This document shows, one piece after another, positions 18,808 to 27,375 of a stretch of 32,000 nt of DNA. Below the pieces are notes generated by a model that was not told the DNA's origin, did no database searches, and was given only the letters and a program-made list of their open reading frames with translations. This DNA comes from Phycisphaera mikurensis NBRC 102666. GTDB taxonomy: Bacteria > Planctomycetota > Phycisphaerae > Phycisphaerales > Phycisphaeraceae. Where the stretch lies: assembly GCF_000284115.1 (NCBI RefSeq), contig NC_017080.1, forward strand, positions 210,001 through 242,000, in the 5' to 3' direction. Position numbers and translations under genes: made by a program. Within the stretch, counting starts at the first letter, position 1. Each line of letters starts with the position of its first letter.

Positions 18808-19533
18808 ATGCTGAAGCCGTCCACCACCGCCCTCCTCGCCGCCTCGGCCCTGCTCGCCGCGCCCGGCGCCTCCGCCGCAACGCTGGTGAGCTACGCCACG
18901 TTTCCCTACGACCCGGCAGACTCGGGCGAGCGTGTTTCCGTGGCGGCCGACGTCACCGAAGCCGGGATCACGGGCTTCGACCTGACCCGCAACGGCGGTC
19001 TGGTCGACGTACCCACGCGCAACGCTTTCAACTCGAGCGGTTGGGCCAGCAACGACCCCGGCTCCCCCACCGTGCTCAACAACGACGCCTTCGTCCAGCT
19101 GGGCTTCAGCGTGGACCCGGGGTTCACCGTGGTCCTCGATGACCTCATCATCGGCACCGACTCGTCCACGAGCGGCCCCAGTCTCATCGGTGTTTACACG
19201 TCGGCCGACGGCTTCGCCGCCCCGATCGGCACCATCGCAGAGGACGGCAACTTCAGCAACACGACGCTCGACCTCTCCTCGATCGGTGAGATCAGCGGCG
19301 ACTTCTTCGTGCGTTTCTACAACGACGGCGGCGTCACGCCCGCCGCGCCGTCGGTTCCGGGCGAAGAAGACATGGCCAACACGAGCACGTGGCGTGTGGT
19401 CAGCTTCCGCAGTGACGACGGCGTCTTCAGCGACACGCAGATCACCGGCACCGTGGTGCCCGAGCCCGCCAGCCTCGCCCTGGTCGCCCTCGGCGGCACC
19501 GCCCTGCTCGCCCGCCGGCGTCGCCAGGCCTGA
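18808..19533 (+). CDS. PEP-CTERM sorting-domain exported protein
   Basis: Signal peptide LLAASALLAAPGASAA and C-terminal VPEPASLALVALGGTALLARRRRQA. Confidence 0.88.
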   Translation: MLKPSTTALLAASALLAAPGASAATLVSYATFPYDPADSGERVSVAADVTEAGITGFDLTRNGGLVDVPTRNAFNSSGWASNDPGSPTVLNNDAFVQLGFSVDPGFTVVLDDLIIGTDSSTSGPSLIGVYTSADGFAAPIGTIAEDGNFSNTTLDLSSIGEISGDFFVRFYNDGGVTPAAPSVPGEEDMANTSTWRVVSFRSDDGVFSDTQITGTVVPEPASLALVALGGTALLARRRRQA

Positions 19534-19551
19534 GCCGGGCCCCGCACTCCC

Positions 19552-19583
19552 CGCCGCCGCCCCCACCGGGGCGGCGGCGAATT
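19552..19583 (+). terminator. Strong stem-loop with short AT run (probable terminator of PEP-CTERM gene)
   Basis: 12-bp perfect stem CGCCGCCGCCCC (19552-19563) / GGGGCGGCGGCG (19568-19579), then AATTT. Confidence 0.6.
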
Positions 19584-19642
19584 TGGCCGCGCGGCCTTCG
19601 CGTGGCGAAACACCACAAGTTCCCCCCCCCCGAGACGCTGCA

Positions 19643-20635
19643 ATGCCCTCCTCCGGTTCCTCCCGCGCCAAGCACGCCTTCACGCTCATCGAGCTGCTGG
19701 TCGTGATCAGCATCATCGCGCTCCTGATCGGCATCCTGCTGCCGGCGCTGGGCGCCGCGCGTGGCGCGGCGCGCTCTGGCGTCTGCCTCTCCAACATGAA
19801 GCAGTTGGGCGTGGGTCAAGCGAGCTACTCCGCCACGTTCAACGATTGGATCTCCGGACCCAACACCAGCGGCGGCGAGCTGACGAAGCAGAAGGGCGCG
19901 TATACCTTCAGGAATACCGCTTCGGAGCCGACCCAGAACTTCGATTGGATCTCGCCCACGGTCGGAAGCGACATGGGCCTGCCGGGCTCGAGGCGTGACC
20001 GGACCCAGCGGATCTTCGAGAACGAGTTCCGCTGCCCCGAGAACGAAGAGCGGTACACCGGCGTGTTCAGCCCCGGGAGCGACTTCGGCAGCGCCGACAC
20101 CTGGCTGTCGAACAGCTACTCGATCCTTCACTCGTGGACCACGAACTGGGTGAGCAGCAGCTCGGATCCCACGCAGGTGTACATCCCCTTCTTCATGCGA
20201 AACGCTTTCGATGTGGAAGAGGGCTACCGCGGCCGGCTGGATCGGATCACGGACGTCTCCGGCAAGGCTTATGTGACGGAGGGCACGCGCTACTACGACT
20301 ATGGCTCGGGCGAGATGACCTTCAACGGCCGGACCTTTGATGCATTCGGGGGTAACTTCGGCACGGCCGGCCCCGTGATGGCGAGCCTGACCGCGAACGG
20401 CGATCCGTACCGCGGGGCTGTGCCTGGCGCCGATGCAGCGACGATCGAGCAGTCGAAGCGGCTGGCCTACCGGCACAACGGCGACATCAACAGCCTCTTC
20501 TTCGACGGGCACGTCGAGAGCATGAGCATGGAGCAGTCACTCGACGTGAACTACTGGATTCCTTCGGGAGCAACGGTCAAAGACGCCTCGCTGACGCCCG
20601 ACCCGAACGACACGACGGGCCAGGTCATTCGCTGA
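19643..20635 (+). CDS. Pseudopilin-like protein with prepilin N-terminal methylation site and H-X9-DG C-terminal motif
   Basis: AFTLIELLVVISIIALLIGILLPALGAARGAAR...CLSNMKQLG; C-terminal RHNGDINSLFFDGHVES. Confidence 0.9.
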   Translation: MPSSGSSRAKHAFTLIELLVVISIIALLIGILLPALGAARGAARSGVCLSNMKQLGVGQASYSATFNDWISGPNTSGGELTKQKGAYTFRNTASEPTQNFDWISPTVGSDMGLPGSRRDRTQRIFENEFRCPENEERYTGVFSPGSDFGSADTWLSNSYSILHSWTTNWVSSSSDPTQVYIPFFMRNAFDVEEGYRGRLDRITDVSGKAYVTEGTRYYDYGSGEMTFNGRTFDAFGGNFGTAGPVMASLTANGDPYRGAVPGADAATIEQSKRLAYRHNGDINSLFFDGHVESMSMEQSLDVNYWIPSGATVKDASLTPDPNDTTGQVIR

Positions 20636-20660
20636 GATCCGGTCGCGAGCCTCGCCCACG

Positions 20661-20706
20661 CCGCGGACCGTCGCCGGTTCGCGGCGTTTTCGTGCGCGGT
20701 CCGCGG
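20661..20706. repeat. 46-bp palindromic element, copy C
   Basis: CCGCGGACCG - TCGCCGGTTCGCGGCGTTTTCGTGCG - CGGTCCGCGG. Confidence 0.8.
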
Positions 20707-20845
20707 ATCCGCCGTGTTGCCGGGCCCGCGGTTTGCAAGCCGGGGGGTTTCCTGACATGATGCCGGCGGCTCCGCCTCCGCGCCTCCGGCGTGGGGGCTG
20801 TCCTGCCCCCGCACGCCCTCCGAGAACCCCGAGAAAACGCCCCGC

Positions 20846-21031
20846 ATGCCCATCCGCATCAAAGCCCGCAACGGTGAATCCGCCGAACAGATGCTCCGTC
20901 GCTTCAAGAAGCTCTGCGAGAAGGAGGGCCTGACCAAGGACGTGAAGAAGCGGGCTTTCTACGAGAAGCCCTCGGAGATCAAGCAGCGGAACGCCCGGCG
21001 GACCCGCCCGGCGTCGTCGCCGCGGGACTGA
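20846..21031 (+). CDS. rpsU: Small ribosomal subunit protein bS21
   Basis: IKARNGESAEQMLRRFKKLCEKEGLTKDVKKRAFYEKPSEIKQRN. Confidence 0.88.
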   Translation: MPIRIKARNGESAEQMLRRFKKLCEKEGLTKDVKKRAFYEKPSEIKQRNARRTRPASSPRD

Positions 21032-21061
21032 GGCCGGCGGCCGGGGAGTTCCGCCACGCGG

Positions 21062-21086
21062 GCCCCGCCGGGCGGGGCGGCTTTCT
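21062..21086 (+). terminator. Possible terminator after rpsU
   Basis: GCCCCGC CGG GCGGGGC followed by GGCTTTCT. Confidence 0.45.
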
Positions 21087-21235
21087 GCTGCGCACGGGCG
21101 GATCCGGGGGTGCCCGCGGCGTCGTTCCGGCCGGGCGGGCGAGGCGTGGCCGGCGCGGCGTTCCGGCACGCCCGCGCCATCTGCGGCATCATCCCCGCAG
21201 CTCACCTCAAGACTCACCGCCGGAATCGACCCTCC

Positions 21236-23851
21236 ATGCCGCTGCTCTTCCTCCTCGCCCCGCTGGGCGCCGCTTTGGCGCTCGTCTTCGCCCACGTGTT
21301 CTACCGCGGCTTCATGCGGACGCCCGAAGGCGATCCGGCGATGGTCCGCGTGGCGGAGGCCGTCCGCCGCGGGGCGTACGCGTACCTGGGCAAGCAGGCG
21401 CGGGTGGTCTACCTGGCGGTGGCGGCGCTGGTGGTGCTGCTCGCGGTGCTGGCGTTTCTGGGGCTGCAGCGGCCGCTGACGCCGGTGGGCGTGGGCGCAG
21501 CGGCGCTGCTCTCGGGGCTCTGCGGCTTCCTGGGGATGAAGACGGCCACCCACGCCTCGGCCCGGACGTGCCACGCGGCGAAGGCGAGCCTCGACGGGGG
21601 GCTCCGCGTCGCCTTCCGGGCGGGGGCGGTCATGGGCCTGTGCGTCACGGGCTTCGCGCTGCTGGACGTCTCGCTGTGGTTCGCGGTGCTCTGGTTCCTC
21701 ACCGACGCGGGCGAGACGCCCGACGGCCTCGTGACGCTGACCACGCTCACGCTCACCTTCGCGGTGGGGGCGAGCCTGCAGGCGCTCTTCGCCCGCGTGG
21801 GCGGCGGCATCTACACCAAGGCCGCCGACGTGGGGGCCGACCTGGTGGGCAAGGTCGAGGCGGGCATCCCCGAGGACGACGCCCGCAACCCCGCGACCAT
21901 CGCCGACAACGTGGGCGACAACGTCGGGGACGTCGCGGGCATGGGGGCGGACCTCTACGAGAGCTACTACGGCAGCATCCTCGCGGCGATGGCGCTCGCG
22001 GCGGCGGCGGCCTTCGGGCTGGGGCTGGAGACGGCCGACGCCGTGAAGCTGGTGGTCGCGGCTCCCGCGCTGGGCGGGCTGGGGATCCTGTGCTCGATCG
22101 CGGCGATCTACGCGGTCAAGGCCCGCGAGGGGGCGGGCTTCGCCGAGCTGCTCAAGAGCCTGCACCGCGGCGTGTACCTCTCCTCAATCGGCATCGCCGC
22201 CCTCTCCGCCGGCCTGCTGTTCGGGCTTCTCGGCGGGATCGAGGGCGTGTCGTGGCACGGGATCTGGATCGCGATCCTGGCGGGCCTGCTCGCCGGGCTC
22301 GTCATCGCCTGGGGCACCGAGCGCTACACCAGCTACGAGCACAAGCCGACGGTGGAGATCGCCCGCAAAGCCGAGACCGGCCCGGCGACGGTGATCATCT
22401 CCGGCGTCGCGACCGGGATGATGTCGACGTGGGTGCCGCTGCTCACGATCGTCGTGGCGATCCTGGTGGCCTTCCACGCGGCCGGCGGCGGCGGCACCGC
22501 CGACGGCTCCTTCCTGCTGGGCGTGTTCGGCGTGGGGCTCGCGGCGGTGGGGATGCTGTCGACGCTGGGAATCACGCTGGCGACCGACGCCTACGGCCCG
22601 ATCGCCGACAACGCCGGCGGCAACGCGGAGATGACCCACCAGGCGCCCGAGGTCCGCGAGCGGACGGACATGCTCGACTCGCTGGGCAACACGACGGCCG
22701 CGACCGGCAAGGGCTTCGCGATCGGCTCGGCGGCGCTCACCGCGCTGGCGCTGCTGGCGGCGTACGTCATCACGGTGCAGGCGCAGCTCACGGCCAGCGT
22801 CTCGCCCGACGCGGGCATCGTCGCCAAGCTGCAGAACCTGCCCGCGGAGATCGTGGACCTGCCCCAGGTCAAGCCGGTGGTCGAGTACCAGGGCGGCGGG
22901 CGGATGGCGGTCTACCTCGGCCGCGACAGCTTCGACGCGGGGCTGCTGCAGGCCGGCGCGGGCGCGGCGGCGGTGCTCGACGACCTGCTCGACGGCCGGC
23001 GGCAGGCCGCGGCCAAGGCGGGGGTGCCGCCGCTGCCGCTGCTGCTCGGCGGCGTGTGGGAGGGCGACGCGGCGTCGGGCTTCCGGCGCTTCCGGCTGCT
23101 CGACGGCGCCGAGGGCATCCCGGGCGTGTCGGGGGCCGTGGTGCCGGCGCAGGTGGCGACGCTGCCGGAGGTGCTCGCCCACTTCGACGTCACGCTGATG
23201 AACCCGCGCGTGCTGTGCGGGCTGTTCCTGGGCGTCATGCTCGTGTTCGTCTTCTGCGCGATGACGATGGAGGCGGTGGGCCGGGCCGCGAAGCAGATGA
23301 TGGAGGAGTGCCGCCGGCAGTTCGCCGAGATGCGGAGCGGCTTCCGGGCCGCGGGCATGAGCGAGGCGGAGCTCGCCGACGTGACGAGGTGGCCCGAGGA
23401 GGTCGAGGTCGGCGGGCACCGCTACCCCGACTACGCGAACTGCGTGGCGATCTCCACCGGCGGCGCCCTCCGCGAGATGGTTGCCCCGTCGCTGCTCGCG
23501 GTGGCCGTGCCGGTCGCCACCGGCCTGGTGCTCGGCGTCGCCGCCGTGATGGGCCTGCTCACCGGGACGCTGGTCTGCGGCTTCGCCGTCGCGATCTTCA
23601 TGGCCAACGCGGGGGGCGCCTGGGACAACGCGAAGAAGTACATCGAGACCGGCGCCCTGGGCGAGGGCCGCGGCAAGGGCAGCGACGAGCACAAGGCCGG
23701 CGTCGTCGGCGACACCGTGGGCGACCCTTTCAAGGACACGAGCGGCCCGAGCCTGAACATCCTGATCAAGCTGGTGAGCGTGGTGTCGGTGGTGTTCGCC
23801 GCGGTGGTGGTGCGGTACGCGCCGGTGGTGGGGGGATGGGTGGGGCTTTGA
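21236..23851 (+). CDS. hppA: Membrane-bound ion-translocating pyrophosphatase (K+-dependent signature)
   Basis: ADVGADLVGKVEAGIPEDDARNPATIADNVGDNVGDVAGMGADLYESYYGS, GNTTAATGKGFAIGSAALTALAL, GGAWDNAKKYIE, KAGVVGDTVGDPFKDTSGPSLNILIKL. Confidence 0.93.
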   Translation: MPLLFLLAPLGAALALVFAHVFYRGFMRTPEGDPAMVRVAEAVRRGAYAYLGKQARVVYLAVAALVVLLAVLAFLGLQRPLTPVGVGAAALLSGLCGFLGMKTATHASARTCHAAKASLDGGLRVAFRAGAVMGLCVTGFALLDVSLWFAVLWFLTDAGETPDGLVTLTTLTLTFAVGASLQALFARVGGGIYTKAADVGADLVGKVEAGIPEDDARNPATIADNVGDNVGDVAGMGADLYESYYGSILAAMALAAAAAFGLGLETADAVKLVVAAPALGGLGILCSIAAIYAVKAREGAGFAELLKSLHRGVYLSSIGIAALSAGLLFGLLGGIEGVSWHGIWIAILAGLLAGLVIAWGTERYTSYEHKPTVEIARKAETGPATVIISGVATGMMSTWVPLLTIVVAILVAFHAAGGGGTADGSFLLGVFGVGLAAVGMLSTLGITLATDAYGPIADNAGGNAEMTHQAPEVRERTDMLDSLGNTTAATGKGFAIGSAALTALALLAAYVITVQAQLTASVSPDAGIVAKLQNLPAEIVDLPQVKPVVEYQGGGRMAVYLGRDSFDAGLLQAGAGAAAVLDDLLDGRRQAAAKAGVPPLPLLLGGVWEGDAASGFRRFRLLDGAEGIPGVSGAVVPAQVATLPEVLAHFDVTLMNPRVLCGLFLGVMLVFVFCAMTMEAVGRAAKQMMEECRRQFAEMRSGFRAAGMSEAELADVTRWPEEVEVGGHRYPDYANCVAISTGGALREMVAPSLLAVAVPVATGLVLGVAAVMGLLTGTLVCGFAVAIFMANAGGAWDNAKKYIETGALGEGRGKGSDEHKAGVVGDTVGDPFKDTSGPSLNILIKLVSVVSVVFAAVVVRYAPVVGGWVGL

Positions 23852-23853
23852 GG

Positions 23854-24083
23854 GGGGAAGCGAAGAAGCGAAGAAGCGAAGAAGTGGAGAAGCGGAGAAG
23901 AGAAGAGAAGAGGCGGAGGAGTGGAGGAGTGGAGGAGCGAGGAAGTGATGAAGAGGCGGAGAGACGAAGAGAAGGAGGGAGGAAGAGGTGAAGCGAAGAC
24001 GTCAGCAGCGGCCCCGGCCGCGGAGAAGCCAAGAATCGACCGCATCCAGATGCTGACTTCCCCGCTTCTTCGCTTCCCCGCTT
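23854..24083. repeat. Purine-rich/pyrimidine-rich inverted repeat element, copy 2 (downstream of hppA)
   Basis: 17-bp perfect arms GGGGAAGCGAAGAAGCG (23854-23870) / CGCTTCTTCGCTTCCCC (24063-24079); long all-purine run between. Confidence 0.8.
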
Positions 24084-24116
24084 CCCCGCTCTGATCGCCG
24101 GAGGCGATGCCCCCCC

Positions 24117-24539
24117 ATGCTCTACCGCCTCGCCGCCGATGTCGTCCTCGCCGTCCACGTCGGCATCGTCGCGTTCGTGATCCTCGGGCTGCTGCTGACC
24201 GTCGTCGGCGGCGGCGCCGGCTGGTCGTGGGTCCGCAACCGGTGGTTCCGGCTCGCGCACCTGGCGACCATCGGCGTGGTGGTGGTGCAGGCCTTCGTCG
24301 GCGTGGTCTGCCCGTTCACGACGTGGGAGAGCCAGCTACGGGAGGCCGGCGGGCAGACGGGCTACGGCGACCTGTCGTTTGTGGCCTACTGGCTGCGGTC
24401 GGTGCTGTTCTTCGACGGCGAGCCGTGGATGTTCATCCTCGGCTACTCGCTCTTCGGCCTCGCCGTCGTCGCCACGCTCTTCTTCGTCCCGGTGCGGTGG
24501 CGCGGCCGGGCGGACCGCGGATCCGCGGACCGCGGCTGA
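24117..24539 (+). CDS. DUF2784-like small membrane protein
   Basis: YRLAADVVLAVHVGIVAFVILGLLL...GWSWVRNRWFRLAHLATIGVVVVQAFVGVVCPFTTWESQLR characteristic pattern. Confidence 0.8.
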   Translation: MLYRLAADVVLAVHVGIVAFVILGLLLTVVGGGAGWSWVRNRWFRLAHLATIGVVVVQAFVGVVCPFTTWESQLREAGGQTGYGDLSFVAYWLRSVLFFDGEPWMFILGYSLFGLAVVATLFFVPVRWRGRADRGSADRG

Positions 24540-24568
24540 AAGCGGCCGCGGGAGCCCGCGGTCCGCGG
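24523..24568. repeat. 46-bp palindromic element, copy E (overlaps stop codon of DUF2784 gene)
   Basis: CCGCGGACCG - CGGCTGAAAGCGGCCGCGGGAGCCCG - CGGTCCGCGG; TGA at 24537-24539 lies inside. Confidence 0.75.
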
Positions 24569-24597
24569 GGGCTCCGGCCGGCTCCTACGCTTTGGCC

Positions 24598-25527
24598 ATG
24601 ACGCGTCCCGCCTACGACAGCATCCTCGACACGATCGGTGACACCCCGCTGGTGAAGCTGCGGCGCACGGGGCCCGGGGGCGGCGGCTCGATCCACGTGA
24701 AGTGCGAGTTCTTCAACCCGCTCTCCAGCGTCAAGGACCGCATCGGCCGGGCGATGATCGAGGCGGGCGAGAAGGCCGGCCGCGTGAACAAGGACACCCA
24801 CATCATCGAGCCGACGTCGGGCAACACGGGCATCGCGCTCGCCTTCGTCTGCGCGGCAAAGGGCTACAAGCTCACGCTGACGATGCCCGACTCGATGTCG
24901 GTGGAGCGGCGGGCGCTGCTGCGGATGCTCGGCGCCGAGCTGGTGCTCACCGAGGGCGCCAAGGGCATGAGCGGCGCCATCGCCAAGGCCGCCGAGCTGG
25001 TCGGCACCAGCGACAACGCGTGGATGCCCCAGCAGTTCGAGAACCCCGCGAACCCGCAGGCGCACTACGAGACGACCGGCCCGGAGATCTGGGAAGCCAC
25101 CGGGGGCAAGGTCACGCACCTCGTGCACGGCGTGGGCACCGGCGGCTGCCTCTCGGGCGCCGGGCAGTACCTCAAGGAGCAGAACCCCGATGTCAAGGTG
25201 ATCGCGGTGGAGCCGACCGACTCGCCGGTGATCTCCGGCGGCGAGCCCGGCCCCCACAAGATCCAGGGCATCGGCGCGGGCTTCATCCCCAAGAACCTCA
25301 ACAAGGAGATCCTCGACGGCGTCGAGCAGGTCACCAACGACGAGGCGTTCGCCTGGGCGCGGAAGATCTCCGAGCACGAGGGCGTCCTCGGCGGCATCTC
25401 CACCGGGGCCAACGTGTGCGCGAGCGTCCGGATCGCGGAGAAGGACCCCGCGGCGCACATCGTCACCATCGGCTGCAGCTTCGGCGAGCGGTACCTGTCG
25501 ACCCCGCTCTTCGACGGCCTGCGGTGA
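24598..25527 (+). CDS. cysK: Cysteine synthase (O-acetylserine sulfhydrylase)
   Basis: IGDTPLVKLRR, EFFNPLSSVKDRIGRAMI (PLP lysine), EPTSGNTGIALAFVCAAKGYKLTLTMP, GVGTGGCLSGAGQYLK. Confidence 0.93.
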   Translation: MTRPAYDSILDTIGDTPLVKLRRTGPGGGGSIHVKCEFFNPLSSVKDRIGRAMIEAGEKAGRVNKDTHIIEPTSGNTGIALAFVCAAKGYKLTLTMPDSMSVERRALLRMLGAELVLTEGAKGMSGAIAKAAELVGTSDNAWMPQQFENPANPQAHYETTGPEIWEATGGKVTHLVHGVGTGGCLSGAGQYLKEQNPDVKVIAVEPTDSPVISGGEPGPHKIQGIGAGFIPKNLNKEILDGVEQVTNDEAFAWARKISEHEGVLGGISTGANVCASVRIAEKDPAAHIVTIGCSFGERYLSTPLFDGLR

Positions 25528-25934
25528 GCGCTGCCCCGGCGTGGGTGATCCGGGTCGTTCGCTCCTGCTGGTGCTTCCCCAGCACGCTGCCCGGCCTGGC
25601 GGTCGCCGTGCTCAACCCGCTCTTCGGCGGGACGACCGCCGCGCACACCGGCGTCGTCGAGAGCCACGGCGGGCTCGCGGCGTGGTTGCTCCGGCACGCG
25701 ACGCTGCTCCGCGGTGGCGCGCTGGCCATCACGCTCGGAGAGGTCGTGCTCGGGCGGACGGCGGCGGCGCTGGACCTCACCCGGGCCCACGAGCGGGTGC
25801 ACGTCGCACAGGCCCGCCGGTGGGGCCCGCTCTTCTACCCGGCGTACGGGCTCGCGACGGTCGCCGCCTGGCGCCGCGGCGCGTGCCCGTACCGCGGCAA
25901 CCGCTTCGAGGTCGAGGCCCACGCCGCCGCGTAG
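25524..25934 (+). CDS. Small uncharacterised protein with HExxH-like motif
   Basis: GTG start overlaps cysK TGA (GTGA); contains LTRAHERVHVAQARRWGPLFYPAYGLA. Confidence 0.65.
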   Translation: MSAAPAWVIRVVRSCWCFPSTLPGLAVAVLNPLFGGTTAAHTGVVESHGGLAAWLLRHATLLRGGALAITLGEVVLGRTAAALDLTRAHERVHVAQARRWGPLFYPAYGLATVAAWRRGACPYRGNRFEVEAHAAA

Positions 25935-25958
25935 CGGGTGCCGCGGGAAGCGACGCGG

Positions 25959-27329
25959 TCACGCCTCGATCCGCTCCCACGCCCCGCGTCTCCATCGCCA
26001 CCAGAAGGCGACGGCCTGGGCGGCGACGTAGGCGGAGAGCGCGACCCAGGCCATGTGCACGGCGTACGCGTCGAAGAGCACCGTCGCCAGCCAGCCGCCG
26101 CCGAGCAGGACGATCGTCGCGGAGAAGGCGGTGAACACGGCGGGGAAGCGGTTGTCGCCGGCGCCGCGGAGGGCGCCCAAGTAGATGAACTGCACGGCGT
26201 CGCTCCACTGGAAGCTCACGCCGATCCACAGCAGCACGATGCCCAGCGCGGCGACCTCGGCGTCGGCCGCGACCCCGCCGACGATCCACGGGCCGGCCGT
26301 GAAGGCGAGCAGGCCGCAGAAGCCGACCCACGCGGCGGCGATCCGCATCGCGACGGCGGCCGCCCGGCGGGCCCGCCCGCGGTCGCCGGCGCCGAGGCTC
26401 TCGCCGACCACGGCGGTCACGGCGATGCCGATGCCGATGCACGGCATGAAGGCGATCTCCGAGAACTTGAAGGCGATGTTGCTCGCCGCGGCGGGCACCG
26501 TGCCCAGGCCCGAGACGAGCCCGACGATGAAGAAGCCGAACACCAGGAACTCCAGCCCGGACTGGAGGCCGGCCGGCACGCCCAGCTTCACCATCCGCCG
26601 CAGCCGCGGCCGCGACGGCCCGGGGGCGGGCCAGGTGGCGAACGCGGCCCGCATCCGCGGCCGCAGCATCCAGCCGGCGAGGATCGCCGCCTGCAGGAAG
26701 GCCGCCGCGGTCGTGGCCCACGCCGCGCCATCCATGCCCAGCGCCGGGGCGCCCAGGTTTCCGTAGATGAGGACCCAGTTGCCGCCGATGTTCAAGGCGT
26801 TCGCCACGACGGTGGCCCAGAAGGTGACGGCCGGCCGCTGCACCGCCGTGAAGAAGTTCGAAACCGCCATCGCCACCACCGTGGGGAACACGCCCAAGAG
26901 CGCGATCTGCACGTAGCCGGTCTCCAACGCCTCGACCTCGGGCGTGTGGCCCGCGGCCGCGAAGAGCGGGCCGGCGAAGGGCCAGAACGCCAGCGCGGCC
27001 AGCGCGAACGCGAGCGAAGCCCAGACCCCCTGCCACGCCCAGGCGCCCGCGTCGGCCCTGTCGCCCCGCCCGAACGCCTGCGAGGCGAGCGTGCTGACCG
27101 CCGTCATCCCGCCCATGCCGAAGGACACCACGGCGAAGACGACCACCGTCGCCGGCACGATCGCGGCCTGCTCGTCGACGCCGAGCCGCGAGACCATCAG
27201 GAAGTCGGCGAAGCTCATGACCGTCCGCGAGGCGAGCGCCGCGATGGTCGGCAGCGCGATGCGCAGCAGCACCCGCAGCGGCGGCGGGAGGTCGGCGGGA
27301 GCGTTCGGGGGAGGATCGGTGGCGGGCAC
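25959..27329 (-). CDS. MATE-family multidrug/toxin efflux transporter (start uncertain: 27329 GTG or 27377 ATG)
   Basis: 12-TM-like protein; LRIALPTIAALASRTVMSFADFLMVSRLG, GGMTAVSTLASQAFGRGD, second-half ESLGAGDRGRARR repeat of the motif. Confidence 0.88.
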   Translation of the reverse strand: MPATDPPPNAPADLPPPLRVLLRIALPTIAALASRTVMSFADFLMVSRLGVDEQAAIVPATVVVFAVVSFGMGGMTAVSTLASQAFGRGDRADAGAWAWQGVWASLAFALAALAFWPFAGPLFAAAGHTPEVEALETGYVQIALLGVFPTVVAMAVSNFFTAVQRPAVTFWATVVANALNIGGNWVLIYGNLGAPALGMDGAAWATTAAAFLQAAILAGWMLRPRMRAAFATWPAPGPSRPRLRRMVKLGVPAGLQSGLEFLVFGFFIVGLVSGLGTVPAAASNIAFKFSEIAFMPCIGIGIAVTAVVGESLGAGDRGRARRAAAVAMRIAAAWVGFCGLLAFTAGPWIVGGVAADAEVAALGIVLLWIGVSFQWSDAVQFIYLGALRGAGDNRFPAVFTAFSATIVLLGGGWLATVLFDAYAVHMAWVALSAYVAAQAVAFWWRWRRGAWERIEA

Positions 27330-27375
27330 GGGGGAGGAGCATGGCAAGCCCGCGGGCCCTCCGTACGCTCGGCGC

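Noticed and set aside
21568-23991. 807-aa plus-strand ORF over the pyrophosphatase
   Set aside because: Out-of-frame shadow of hppA, Arg/Gly-rich; its tail is just the purine-rich repeat.
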